Source of the DNA: Eledone cirrhosa
Lineage: Eukaryota
Assembly (NCBI GenBank): GCA_964016885.1
Contig: OZ024759.1
Location: 26,598,001-26,662,000, forward strand
Direction: 5' to 3'
Length of the DNA stretch: 64,000 nucleotides
Under the pieces are notes generated by a model. That model was not told the origin of the DNA. It saw only the letters and a program-made list of their open reading frames with translations, and did no database searches. The translations under genes were made by a program, and so were the position numbers. Position 1 is the first letter of the stretch. The number at the start of each line of letters is the position of its first letter. This document shows positions 48,165 to 64,000 of the stretch, piece after piece.

Positions 48165-49291
48165 AAGCATGACGCTAAATTATCAATTTAATAATTTCAT
48201 TCAATAAAACCACCATAAGCATCAATAACTATACGGGGTCGAAATCGTTTACAAGCTCGGATTAAATGGTCATTGTTCATATCGGACATGACTCGAATTG
48301 TGGCGGCTTTCAAAGAATCTTTGGTTGTATGGGGTTGACCATTGACATTTTTCTCAACAGTGCTCCATACATAGTAGTCCAGTGGATTGAGATCTGGAGA
48401 ATTAGGAGGCCAAATGTTAGGGGTGATGTGATCATGCAAATATTCAGCCATCCATTCTTGTATCATTTGAGCCTTGTGTGATGGTGAAGAATCTTGTTGA
48501 AAGACATAAGGCTTTCCATTCCATACACTGTTGATCCAAGGCTTAACAACTTTATCCAGAACCTCAATATATGCAGCAGCTTTCACCCATGAAAAGTGAG
48601 GAGGCATCACATGTCCTTCATTGCTAACAACACCCAAAACCATGACACTTGCAGGAAATTGTGTGTGCATTACTCTTGGAACCTCAGAAGGGTCTGCACA
48701 TAGCCACCTGTCATTTCTTCTGTTAGTTTCCTGGTCCTAGTCAAAGTTTTTCTCATCTGAGAAAAACCAAATCACACCACCTGGTGGATTTTTAAGTTTG
48801 TTTTAAAATATTTTGGATCTGATGATTAAACGCTTTTCTCTTGTTTTTTTCTGACATGAATTGACCTCTTCTCATCACGTAAGATTTGTATCTGATGTCT
48901 TCATGTTCAACATTTTGTTTTTTCTGACACACCAAAATGTTTTGCAATTGACATCATTGATTTTTCGAGATTGTCATCAATGTTTTGCTTAACTTCCTGA
49001 ATAAATTCAGGTGTCCTGATAGAATCAGAGCGTTTGGAATGTGTTTTACGTTTTGATACAGGTAATACGCTTCCATCTTCTTTCTCTAACTCACACCGAA
49101 TCTTGTGGACAAAAGATCTTGTAACTTTCAGAAAACGAGAAATTTCTAAATCCCCTTCCTTAGCCTTCACAGCATGCCTTTTCATTTCATTAGTAAGCAT
49201 TGTTATTTTCTGAAATGGAAATTCAATAAAAATTAGTCAAATAAAATAATGACTAAAAATACATGTGTCCTCAAATACAGTCTGCACGCTG
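48165..49291 (-). mobile_element. Decayed Tc1/mariner DD37D (maT-type) transposon
   Basis: WFFSDEKNF (followed by in-frame TAG), VFQQDSSPSH and WPPNSPDLNPLDYYVW, with 37 residues between the 2nd and 3rd catalytic D. HTH-like N-terminus at 48907-49200. One terminus TA|CAGCGTGCAGACTG at 49291; the other TIR was not found. Confidence 0.9.
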
Positions 49292-49329
<38 letters not shown>

Positions 49330-49405
49330 AAGGTTCAGGACCCCGACGGCTGAGCTCCGGTACTTTCGACAGTTTAGATCATAACTAAGCCACCAGTATT
49401 ATTGA

Positions 49406-49582
49406 ATTGGCAGTATCGGTAGAGGGTCGGACATGCTTACCAGCAAAGTTACGTCCCTTTACGTTTTGAGTTCAAATCCCACCAAGGTTAACTTTGCCTT
49501 TCATCCTTACGGAGTCGATAAAATAAAGTACCAGTAATGTACTGTGTAATTGCTGGCCTTGTGCCAAAAGTAGAAACAATTA
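49406..49582 (+). mobile_element. tRNA-derived SINE (main family in the window)
   Basis: A-box-like TGGCAGTATCGGT, B box GAGTTCAAATCC, core GCCTTTCATCCTTACGGAGTCGATAAAATAAAGTACCAG, tail GGCCTTGTGCCAAAAGTAGAAACAATTATT. Confidence 0.85.
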
Positions 49583-50445
49583 TTTCTGTTTACCTTTTAC
49601 ATATATATATATGTCTGTGTGTGGATGGGTGGGGGTGTATATGTGTGGGTGTCCTAATGATGAATAAGACGAAAATAATGAGAATAGGACGAAAATAAAT
49701 GGTGCAGCATGCTTGCGTTTGTATGTCTACTTCGTTTAACTTTTCCCATTTCTCATAATTTCTCTCTATATATACCTCTTGACGTAAATATGGTAACTCT
49801 TCTAATCGCATGCAAATATAAAATATTTAATAATCATACTTAGTTCTGAATTAGAGAAAATTGATTTTAAAAAAGAATATATATATATATTTATAATATG
49901 TGTGCGTGTCTGTGTGTGTGTGTTTATATACTATATATATATGTGTATAATATAATATATATATATCATATATGTATTTATATATATGTGATATATATAT
50001 ATATACATTTTTATATATGTATATATATGTATAAAACATCTATATATAACATATATATATGTATATATATATATATGTATTTATATAATATAATAAATAT
50101 ACATATTTTATATATGTATATATAAAAAAAACATATATATAAGTATTTATATATCATATGTATATGTATAATAAAATATGTATATATATAAAACACATAT
50201 ATATATAACATATATATATGTATATATATATATTTATATATTAATTTATTAAAATAACAGATTAAAGTTTAAACAAAGAAACATATATAATATATATATA
50301 TATATATAATGTATATATATTATATATATGTACAATATAATATATATACATATTTTATATATGTAAATATATAACATATATATACGTATTTATATATTAT
50401 ATATACATATAAAACATATATATAGAACATATATATAACACATCT

Positions 50446-50691
<246 letters not shown>

Positions 50692-51061
50692 ATGTGCTGC
50701 TATGTTGTATAGTTGAAACCAATTTACATATTGTATGTTGATTAATATTCTGTTTATTTACTTCAAAGATAGGATCTTGTTGAGTAACAAATAATATATT
50801 TGGTGTTGTTGTCATGTTTTATTCTGGTTCCAGAGGTTGTTGATGATCTTGTAGAAGTTATGGATACTGTTGATGATGATGATGTTGATGATGATGATGT
50901 TGTTGTTGGTGATATTGTTGTTGGCGATGATGTTGTTGACGACACTGTTTCTCACTGAAGCTAGTTATGTGACGTTCGTCATTACCTTGAAATTCATAGC
51001 GAAAGAGCTTTAAAATGTTTTTTAAATGTTTTAAAATAAATAGTGTATATTCTTAAATATA

Positions 51062-51283
51062 TATTTAAAATAAATATTTAAAATAAATATTTAAATAAAT
51101 ATTTAAAATAAATATTTAAAATAAATATTTAAAATAAATATTTAAAATAAATATTTAAAATAAATATTTAAAATAAATATTTAAAATAAATATTTAAAAT
51201 AAATATTTAAAATAAATATTTAAATAAATATTTAAAATAAATATTTAAATAAATATTTAAAATAAATATATATTTAAAATAAA
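51062..51283. repeat. 13-bp pure-AT tandem repeat
   Basis: TATTTAAAATAAA x ~17. Confidence 0.9.
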
Positions 51284-51666
51284 CATAGTGTATATTCTTA
51301 AATATACAATACGTACATCTATCGCTATTCCGAAGTAGCAATTCAAATAACATATTTTATTATTTATAAAGTGGAAATTTGATATACCATAAGGAGTTGT
51401 GTTAGAGGCAGTTAACGAGTTCTTAGCATTTTTTTCTGGAATAAGACATTCGGGTTTCTTATAAAACTATTATTTATATGCTTCTCATAATTTCAAATCC
51501 GTTACAAATCATAAGTCTCAGGACATCAGGGTAGTTTTATGAAGGAAAATGGGAAAACATAAAACGAATTGAAATATATATATATATGTATGTGTGTGAG
51601 TATATAATGTGTGTGTGTGAGAGAGAAAGAGATGTATTTATATATGCTTATATGCATACACACACA

Positions 51667-51707
<41 letters not shown>

Positions 51708-51863
51708 ACCATTTTTCCCCAAAGGAAAGGTCTTGATAAGGGATATGATCCTGATAACAGGTAAACACGAAATGCATATATGTATATATAATCTATCGTA
51801 TAATACAGACAGAGGGGAATTTATATAGCATCTCGAACACACACACTTCTCTCTCTCTCTCTT

Positions 51864-51943
<80 letters not shown>

Positions 51944-52020
51944 CATATATATACATATATATACATATATATATATACATATATATATATACATATATAT
52001 ATATACATATATATATATAC

Positions 52021-52067
<47 letters not shown>

Positions 52068-52148
52068 CATATATATACATATATATATATACATATATAT
52101 ATATACATATATATATATACATATATATATATACATATATATATATAC

Positions 52149-52195
<47 letters not shown>

Positions 52196-52206
52196 CATAT
52201 ATATAC

Positions 52207-52259
<53 letters not shown>

Positions 52260-52608
52260 CATAATACATAAATATATACATAGATAATACATAAATATAT
52301 ACATAAATATATACATAATACATAAATATATACATAATACATAAATATATACATACATAATACATAAATATATGTATATTTATATATATACATAGATAAT
52401 ACATAAATATATGTATATATATATGTATATTAGTTATGTATATATTAATACATAAATATATGTATATTTATATATATACATAGATAATACATAAATATAT
52501 GTATATATATATGTATATAGTTATGTATATATAAATATAATATATATATTTATGTGTGTATATATATATATACATATACATACACAAATATATGTATACA
52601 TATATTTA

Positions 52609-52657
<49 letters not shown>

Positions 52658-53043
52658 AGAGGAGGCTGGACTGGTGTAAATCCTTGAAAGGTTCGTTATA
52701 CTATGATCATTTCAAACCTAAAGAATATATATATATATATGATATTGCTGGAGGCGAATATCTGTGTGTGAAGTTTTAAGATGAATAATCGAAATAATGT
52801 GACAGAGAAGGAAACTAGATCATTTCCTTTAAAGGTACCTTGTTTTGTTTGTTTCTTTTGTTATATTAGCTTTTTAGTTTTTCCTGTATTACCAACGGTC
52901 ATATGGCGAATTAAGATCTTTTTATCTGTTTTCACGTGTATGTATATAGTATGTGTATGTATATATATATATATATATATATTGTGAGCTTTGAAAACAA
53001 GATTGTGTAGGACAGAAAAAAAAGACACAAAATAACAAATTAA

Positions 53044-53084
53044 TCGCTGAGGAGGTCACAGAATTTGTGACGAAAGAACTTCGA
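53044..53084 (+). ncRNA. Hammerhead-like motif with one extra nucleotide after the core (family E)
   Basis: TCG-CTGAGGA-G-GTCACA GAATT TGTGAC-GAAA-GAAC-TT^CGA. The homologue at 30503-30542 has stem I GTCA/TGAC and a 3-nt deletion in the core. Confidence 0.55.
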
Positions 53085-53167
53085 CAATAAAAGAAATAAA
53101 TAAACTTCAGGTTATTAAACTAAACAACAGGATGTTTTTAATAAATTGAAATGAAAACCAACAGGTT

Positions 53168-53202
<35 letters not shown>

Positions 53203-53209
53203 CAAATTG

Positions 53210-53257
53210 CTTCTACAGGGCTAGAACTGTTTCATTCGGGAGAAATCATCAGGGAAG
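53210..53257 (-). ncRNA. Type I hammerhead ribozyme motif (family A)
   Basis: Reverse complement CTTCC-CTGATGA-T TTC TCCC GAA T-GAAA-CAG TTCTAGCC CTG-TA^GAAG. Differences from the 935-983 copy fall in loops II/III and stem I (which needs one bulge). Confidence 0.6.
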
Positions 53258-53632
53258 TCGTTATAATTGAATTTACATAAGCTTCATCCTGTTGGAATTC
53301 ATCAGAATTAACAAATATATAAATACCTCACCAAGATCACCTTTTCCAAACGCAGAATAATCCGTACAATATTATATTTTAAAAACTGCCTATATATATA
53401 TATTAGAGCAAACATCACGGGCATTCTATCTCAAAATTATTTTTGAAAAAGCATTAGAAATGCGCAACCGGTAAAAAACTTAAAACTAAAACTGAATACT
53501 AACCAATACTTATGACTAATTTTTACTTATTCCTAATTAAACTATTTTTCACTGGGAACAATTTGTCAGCATTTTCTTTTGATGTTACTAATATATATAT
53601 ATATATTATATATATATATATATAACACATAA

Positions 53633-54129
53633 CTAGCCGAATTACCCCGCCTTGCTGCGTTTCACATATATATATTTTTTTTTTTTGTAAGAAAATGATG
53701 ATTGATTTAAATCAGTGATATAATTTATGGAGAAAAAAATAAAGGGAAAATATTAAAAAAGTAGAGCATTAACTAATAATTTTTGTTGTCATAATTCTAG
53801 TGGTGTTTTTGCATAGATAAAATGTCTAAATTAGCCAAATTTTACTATAAAAGAGAGGTGTTTTTTTGTTGATTTACGTTTAATTAATAGAAAAACCCCA
53901 TGATAATAGAGGTTCCAATACTCAAGTTATGGCTTCCAAAATGTTCACTATAGGGGGTTTAACCCCCATTAGAGTGTCTAGGGTATCTTAATATTGAAAT
54001 TTTGTGAATAGGCATCATATCTTGTCATTTACCTATGGTTTCATAAAAATCGAAGAGAAAAAAGTTTCAGCGGGGGTTTCTCCCAGAGTACTCAGTATTT
54101 GGTATACTACAGTTTAATTATATTACAGA
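53633..54129 (-). mobile_element. Probable non-autonomous Helitron
   Basis: The reverse complement ends GCAGCAAGGCGGGGTAATTCGGCTAG|T; putative 5' TCTGTAATATAATTAA (boundary uncertain). Confidence 0.5.
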
Positions 54130-54394
54130 GTCGTGTCCCGACAGGTAAGATCTTGCCGTTTCTACACCAAATTCTAATCTGGAATTTGCTGTTGAAACGG
54201 CAAGGGCTCAGCTGTTGGGCCCCTACTCTTTAATATGTATATAATATATATATATACAGAACACTTCATATCTCGGAAGATAATATAATTATTGCTTAAT
54301 TTTCCAGCTTCTCTTGAATGAAAGAGACATGGAGGATAGCCACTGTATGATATCGCCTCTATATATGTATATAATATATATATAACAAAGAAAG

Positions 54395-54453
<59 letters not shown>

Positions 54454-54458
54454 CGAAG

Positions 54459-54540
54459 GAAGTGTGGTAAGGAACCAGGTGAACCATAAATGTCCAGAAA
54501 TACCCGTCGAAACGGCTTGAGCTCTGCGACTCTTTTCCTA
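54459..54540 (+). repeat. Dispersed repeat, probable 3' terminus of the Naiad-like PLE
   Basis: Related pieces at 650-776 (+), 1491-1560 (-), 15243-15300 (-, directly downstream of the PLE RT relic) and 49331-49390 (-); most end at (TA)n. Confidence 0.6.
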
Positions 54541-55001
54541 AATATATATATAATTTTTGCGTTTCGCTTCGCTTTTCCTGCCAGCCGAAAATGCGATTCT
54601 CGCTGAATCTGTATTTGTATATATATATATATATAATATATATAATGTATAAAAATCAATACAATATAATTACCTCATTACCAGAGGTTTCCCGAATGAA
54701 GCGAATACGAAAGAAACGTCTTCATTCGTTCGTCAGACGAGGCAATATAAAACATGGGTAAATACTTGGAAAGTCTCGTCAAGAAAATCAAAAAATATTT
54801 AGACAAATGAATTAGAAATTGAAATATATAATAATCTATCAAGAAATATAGTTAGGTGTGTGTATATATATGTATATACGCTCATAGATGTGCATATATG
54901 TGTTATGCACACATGTATACGTATAGTGAAAAAGTGTGCGTAAATATAAAATTTAGGGCAAATGTATCTGTATGTCTATAATCTACAGACAGAATAGATA
55001 C

Positions 55002-55053
<52 letters not shown>

Positions 55054-55535
55054 CTTAGTCAGGTTACCATATATATTTCTCTACTAGTTGTACCACATCT
55101 CTTTGTCACAATCGTATCACATCGATAGTTGCTAGATCTGTCCCCTCACCGAAAAAAGAATTGATGTGTACCTAACATATTCTCACGTATAATAAATGTG
55201 GGTTTATGGAGAATAGAGGCGATATCATACAGTGGCTATCCTCCATGTCTCTTTCATTCAAGAGAAGCTGGAAAATTAAGCAATATTATATTATCTTCCG
55301 AGATATGAAGTGTTCTGTATATTGTATTGATGTAGATTTAACTCAAGGACAATTTAGATCAAACAGAGATAATTTTTTTTTTGTCATAGCTCTCACGCGT
55401 TTCTCTCCCTCTCTTCTGTGTGTATATGTATATATATAATATATATATATATATATGTATCTCTCTCAATAAATATATATGTATGTATATGAGTATGTAT
55501 ATATACGTATATATATATATATATATATGCATCTC

Positions 55536-55616
<81 letters not shown>

Positions 55617-55617
55617 T

Positions 55618-55795
<178 letters not shown>

Positions 55796-56185
55796 GCATC
55801 CCTAATTCTCTCTCTCTTTGTCAGTATATATATATACACACACAGATAAATCCACCAATTAATGGTAGGGTGAAGAACTCAATGTAATCCGTATGTATAT
55901 GTCGTGAAGCAAATTTTAAAATATGATGTAAAGATATATATATATTTTTTTTATTTTTATTATGCTTTTATATATTTATTTCCATTTGTACCATTTCCTC
56001 TCACCCCCTTTCTTCTACACACCCCCACTCCCCTACACACCCTTGGAACTCTCTTCCCACACTTTTCGCCTGAAGAAGGGCTTATGCTCGAAACGTCCCC
56101 CCCCCCCCACCACCCCACTCTCAAGAGCGTGAAACTAATAAACGTTTGTTCGTACTGCCTCGCTGTTTTGTTCCCGTTCAATTTG

Positions 56186-56246
<61 letters not shown>

Positions 56247-56442
56247 TTTAGTACAGCATTGACGAAGCTGTAGAATACGGCCAAGCTAGCGTATATGCAT
56301 AATCGGTCTGTAGCTTGAGCACTCAGATGAGGAAAGACCCCAGAGTAATAACATTACGTTCAGACAGCTAAGCAAATCAGATATAGCGGTCCGCAGTCCA
56401 GCCGCATCACTAGAGCAACGAAAATACAGGACCCAGGAAAAG

Positions 56443-56505
<63 letters not shown>

Positions 56506-57042
56506 CTCCCTCCGTCTCTGTCCCTATACATATGTATGTGTGTGTGTGTGCTTATAGTAACCTGTCACAAGTTATTGCCCACATTCCAAAGAGCAATACG
56601 TAAATTGCATTAACAAATGCTTACGATATTTTATGCTTATCTATCTGTTTATATATGTGTGTGTGTATCTATATATATATATATGTGTGTGCGTGCGTGG
56701 ACGGTATAATGATATACATGTATGTATACTGTCATACATAGGTACATACATAGTACGTACGTATATACACGCATACACTTACACATGCATACATGCATGT
56801 GAATAGAAATATGTATATATATTAATATATATACATATATATACGTGTGTGTGTATGAGGAGCAGCCTATATATATATATACATCTTTATTTTATATATT
56901 TATATATTATGTATATACATATATATATTGTGTGTGTGTATATATATATAACTTTATATTATATATTTATATATTATGTATATACATATATAACTTTATA
57001 TTATGTATATATATATAACTTATACCGTATATATATATATAA

Positions 57043-57100
<58 letters not shown>

Positions 57101-57231
57101 AAAGTTAAACAAGGTTCAATGAATACATCAAAGATTGAGTTTTACAATAGATTGGAAGCACTCAACAGCGAAGGTTTTCCAGAGTGAATCTTAACTGAAT
57201 CTTAACCATCTACTATGTCAGGGTATCATTT

Positions 57232-57298
57232 TATTTTATCTGATGAGGACGTACTGTTGAACTTAACTCAGTACCTCTGAAATATGTATAATAAAATA
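57232..57298 (+). ncRNA. Type I minimal hammerhead ribozyme (B/D-like architecture)
   Basis: TATTTTAT-CTGATGA(57240-57246)-GGA C GTACTG...CAGTAC C TCT-GAAA(57279-57282)-T ATGT A-TA^ATAAAATA. Perfect 8-bp stem I. Confidence 0.8.
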
Positions 57299-57338
57299 TA
57301 ATTGATCACAAGAATATATATTTTTTAAATATTTTGAA

Positions 57339-57401
<63 letters not shown>

Positions 57402-58185
57402 AACATGATATGCTATATTCCGCTAACTCCGACCATGTATTCTGTACTATATTCTTAGTTTCGACAACTATTCCCTCATTCTCTCATTCGCTGTCTACTT
57501 CACTGTCAAAACCTCCTCCTCCTTCTACCCCCTCATACACCTCCTCGTTCTTTTCCCTTCCATCATTTGTCTTCTCATCACATCCCTCACAGATCAATCC
57601 AATTCTTCCCATTCATCCCCTCCTTTCGTTCTACTACCTCTCTCTCTCTCTATCTATCTATCTATCTCCCACTCTCACTCTCTCTCTATGACTTTTATAT
57701 AGGTTTCTATGGTGTGACGGATTGGTTTAGTTTTCTTCTTCTTTATCTATTCTCCTCCTCTTTCTTCTTCTTCTTCGTTTGAGTTATGAGATTTTGTGCA
57801 GTTGTATGTTCTTTTTCTATTCCATTATTTCATAAGCCTACATGTGTGTGTGTGTGTGTGTGTATATATACACACATATATATATATATATATATACCGG
57901 TGTATGTATATATATATATATATATATTATTTATGACAAGATATTTTGTGTCGTTTTAATAATATTTTATGCTCCTTCCTTTAACAAAAACACCATGCAC
58001 ATCCTGCACCACTCAACTATCAAAGATTTACCATTACTACCAGTACTGATTTATGTAAGAACAATATGTCTGTTCTCAGTAACACACACACACACACACG
58101 CATATATACAGAGAAACATATATACAGACATACATACATACATATATATAATATATATACATACATATATAATATATATATATAT

Positions 58186-58236
<51 letters not shown>

Positions 58237-58459
58237 CATATATATATATATAGTAATAATAATTGTTTCTACTTTAGGCACAAGGCCAGCAATTACCCAG
58301 TGTATTACTGGTACTTTATTTTATCGACCCCGTAAGGATGACAGGCAAAGTCAACCTCGGCGGGATTTGAACTCAGATCGTAAAGGGACGTAACTATGCT
58401 CGAAAGCATGGCGTCCGACCCTCTACCGATAGTAATAATAAATATATATATACATACAG

Positions 58460-60586
<2,127 letters not shown>

Positions 60587-60771
60587 GGAAAAAATGAAAC
60601 GAAATTTCATTTCCCACTCTTAGTACGGCTGTTACTTATATATACATATATATATATACATATATATATAGAGAGAGATATACATATATATATATATACA
60701 TATATACATATATATATACACATATATATATACATATATATACATATATATATATACACATATATATATAC

Positions 60772-60808
<37 letters not shown>

Positions 60809-60897
60809 CATATATACATATATATATACACATATATATATACATATATATACATATATATATATACACATATATATATACATATATATATATACAC

Positions 60898-60928
<31 letters not shown>

Positions 60929-60953
60929 CATATATATACATATATACATATAC

Positions 60954-60984
<31 letters not shown>

Positions 60985-61345
60985 ATGTAGGAGGTGAGTT
61001 TTATTGTAGTACAATAAAGCAATGCAGATATCGGATAAGAAGCACTCTACAGTTTGTAGGACTGGAGTATACATAATATAAGATCAAAAGATGGTTAAAG
61101 GAGTTCCATGTATTTTATTATGCGCATTTCAAAAACAAACATCATCATGCAATAATATTTGTGTTTTCATCAGATACAACAGGAGAACATGATATGAAGG
61201 CTAAAAAACACTTGTGGATAGTGCAGTTTTAAATCAACATATGTTATGCTAATTAAATTTTATATATTCAAATGAAGTTCAAATATAAAAAAAAATAAGC
61301 TTAAAAAGAATTTATTATATCAAATAAACAAAAAATAAAACATAG
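60985..61345 (-). mobile_element. Non-rearranged copy of the family B element
   Basis: High identity by eye to 7387-7640 (reverse); the sequence continues past AACATATGTT into unique DNA; right boundary approximate. Confidence 0.7.
61113..61179 (-). ncRNA. Type I minimal hammerhead ribozyme (family B)
   Basis: Reverse complement TTGTAT-CTGATGA-AAACACA AATATTATT GCAT GATGATGTT TGTTTTT-GAAA-T GCGC A-TA^ATAAAA. Loop II differs (GCAT vs GTTT); one stem I mismatch. Confidence 0.7.
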
Positions 61346-62055
61346 CCGTTTGAAAAAGTGGGGGAGGGGAGAATGTGTCCCCTGGTACCCCCCTGAAACA
61401 AGGCCCTTGCTAATACACGATAAAGGTTGGGGAAAATTTGTAGAAAATATTGTCATTTTAATTCAAGGAAATTACCAGAAGTATCCATATTTTGGCACCA
61501 TTTTTACGTCGATGAAGTTGTCTTGTAATTTTAGACTTCATGCAAGCCTGATTTACTCTTTAGAAATTTTAATTCTAGATATTTGGTAAAACAAAAAACA
61601 ATGAAATAAGTACTGGGGTTGATATGATAGTCTTTAAGGTGGTATCCTTAAAGTCTATCATTAGTTTGTGTTCAATGATCGATTGCTTAAATCGTTGTTC
61701 TCTTTGAATCCTGAAATGGCCATGAGAAATAAGAATTTTTGCCATCTGAAGAACGTATTCTTCCTAGATATATAGGCTTTGTGTGAATTCAAAATACTGT
61801 GTGTTCTCATAAGATATATGGTTCTTCCTCTCTCTCTCTCTTCCTCTCTCTTCCTCTCTCTCTTTCTATCACATTCTGTCTCTCTCTCCAACTCTCTTTA
61901 TCACCTTATATCAACCTTTCTCTGTACCACATCATGCCCCCCTCACTATATAGAACATCTCTCTCCCCCTCTCTCTCCCTCTCTCTCTTATATATATATA
62001 CATATATATACATATATATATATATATACATACATATATATACATATATATATAT

Positions 62056-62166
<111 letters not shown>

Positions 62167-62475
62167 TGTATGTATATCACGCCCACGGAATTATCCCTTC
62201 ATTCGTTTCTTTCAGAACCAGAATATTCTGGGAAAAAAAAAACTAATTACATTTCCAATTACCTCGGTGTATCAATACTGGAGTGTTTATGTAGAAATAA
62301 ATATATATACACACATTTCTTTGTAACAATTTCTTCACTAAATTATACACTCGTTTTGAATCAAGTACTTGCTGCTATTGTAAGCTAAAATCTTCTAATA
62401 CAAAGCTTTAAGACTATATATATATATATATATATATATTTATGCATACACAGGTGTGTATACATATATATACAC

Positions 62476-62506
<31 letters not shown>

Positions 62507-62509
62507 CAC

Positions 62510-62582
<73 letters not shown>

Positions 62583-62585
62583 CAC

Positions 62586-62635
<50 letters not shown>

Positions 62636-63209
62636 GTGTGTATATATATATATATACACTAAATGCACAAGTGTATCAACCACAATATCGTTCATTGCTC
62701 TTTTCATGTGTATATTTTATTTTGTTCTATTAAATAATAATAATAATGATAATAATAATGGCTTATGATTTAGACACAAGGCCAGCAATTTTGTATGGGA
62801 AAGTCGATAAAATTGACCTCAGTGCGTGACTGGTACATTATTTTATCAACCCTGTAAGGTTGAACTCAGAACGTAAAGGATATTTGGTTTATAAAGTGTA
62901 GTGTGTGTATGCTACCACCTTTTCCTCCCTTCCTCTCATGTGACAAAACAATCTATATCAATTTATGTCCGACCTCTATTTCGTCTTTTATTGACTACTA
63001 GTCCTTAAATTAATTAAATTAAATGTATGTAAATAATTTTAATGTATTTAGATTATGAAAATTTCCTAATTACTTAGTGTTTGAATAACTTTTAATTGGT
63101 CAATATTTTAGATGCTTGTGAAATTGTGTGTCCAATAAATAGGCATAGTTGTATCTTTATTGGATATATTCAATGTAAAAATGGAAGGAATTTTTTACAC
63201 TATAATAAT

Positions 63210-63276
63210 TTCATGGGCCTCAGAAAATGTCTGGGTTCAAAGTGGGCCATGAGCTAAAAAGGGTTGGGAACCACTG
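63210..63276. mobile_element. hAT/Charlie-like terminus
   Basis: Ends AAAAAGGGTTGGGAACCACTG (reverse CAGTGGTTCCCAACC); partner end not found. Confidence 0.5.
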
Positions 63277-63399
63277 AATTACACCAAACTATCAATCCAT
63301 GCATCAATAGACACTTAACTCCCGTTGATGTCGTAGTAGGGGTGTCATTGCGACATTGAAACATTCAAACCTGACGGAGCCCAAACTCCCTTGAAGTTT

Positions 63400-63760
63400 T
63401 AAGAATATCTTAACGATTTCTTCTTCTTCTTCTCCTTCTTCTTCTTCTTCTTCTTCTTCTTCTCCTTCTCCTTCTTCTTCTTCTTTTGTCTTTTTCTTCT
63501 CCTTCTTTTGTCTTCTTCTTTATTTCTTCTTTTGTCTTCTTCTTCTTCTTCTTGAGAGGGTCGTGGGGGAAGAATCCTCAAACACTCCCTCCAGTTGGTC
63601 CTGTCAGAAGCATCCTTCTCCAACTGATCCGGTTGGATCCCCAAGCGTGACCAGCCAATCTCATGGATACTTCCAACTATCTTGCTTGGGGTATACCTCT
63701 GGGTCTCCTGCCGGTTGATTTTGCCCGTAAAATCTGTGACATTCTAACCACATGTCCATA
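63400..63760 (-). mobile_element. RTE-clade LINE 3' end with (GAA)n tail
   Basis: GIQPDQLEKDASDRTNWR-like C-terminus followed by a ~135-bp GAA/GAG tract. Confidence 0.55.
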
Positions 63761-64000
63761 GTATAGTACCAGAGCTGTGATCTTTCAATTCAGAGACTTA
63801 TGTTGAAAAATAAACCCCATTTGGTCATTTCATGAGAGTATCTTGGTCATGAACTTTTCAGTCGAACCTTGTAATTTCTGTGAAAGACAATAAAATGATA
63901 ATATTTTGTACTTATTTTTCCCCACCATTTATTTTCCTCCTTACATACATTATATACTTTAAACAATATACTGTTCATAAAATCATGTCGGATGAAGTAC

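Noticed and set aside
54459-54540. SECIS element or ribozyme in the Naiad-type terminal repeat
   Set aside because: GAAAC is present, but there is no CTGANGA and no convincing SECIS core by eye.

Overview
Eukaryotic, very AT-rich, repeat-dominated DNA, almost certainly from an octopod cephalopod. Many kilobases are (TA)n-derived microsatellite, so nearly all long YIYI-type ORFs in the track are artefacts. The only host gene recognised is coding exon 1 of an oxytocin/vasopressin-family (cephalotocin-type) preprohormone on the - strand (28008-28166). It encodes a signal peptide, CYFRNCPLG-GKR and a linker, and ends at a phase-0 GT donor; I could not find the neurophysin exons in the 28 kb downstream. 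The rest is a transposon mosaic: a near-complete CR1/L2-group LINE ORF2, a decayed DD37D mariner, Tx1/L1, RTE and R4/Dong fragments, tRNA-SINEs, Helitrons and a Tigger-like MITE. The main hidden signal is about 10 type I hammerhead ribozyme motifs with intact cores plus several decayed ones. They belong to at least five short, non-coding, fold-back/pseudo-LTR element families embedded in (TA)n tracts, alongside a Naiad-like Penelope RT relic, i.e. a Penelope-like (PLE)/retrozyme system. Within the putative hormone intron, the sense-strand ribozymes are broken or sequestered while the antisense ones are intact. All alignments and folds were done by eye.
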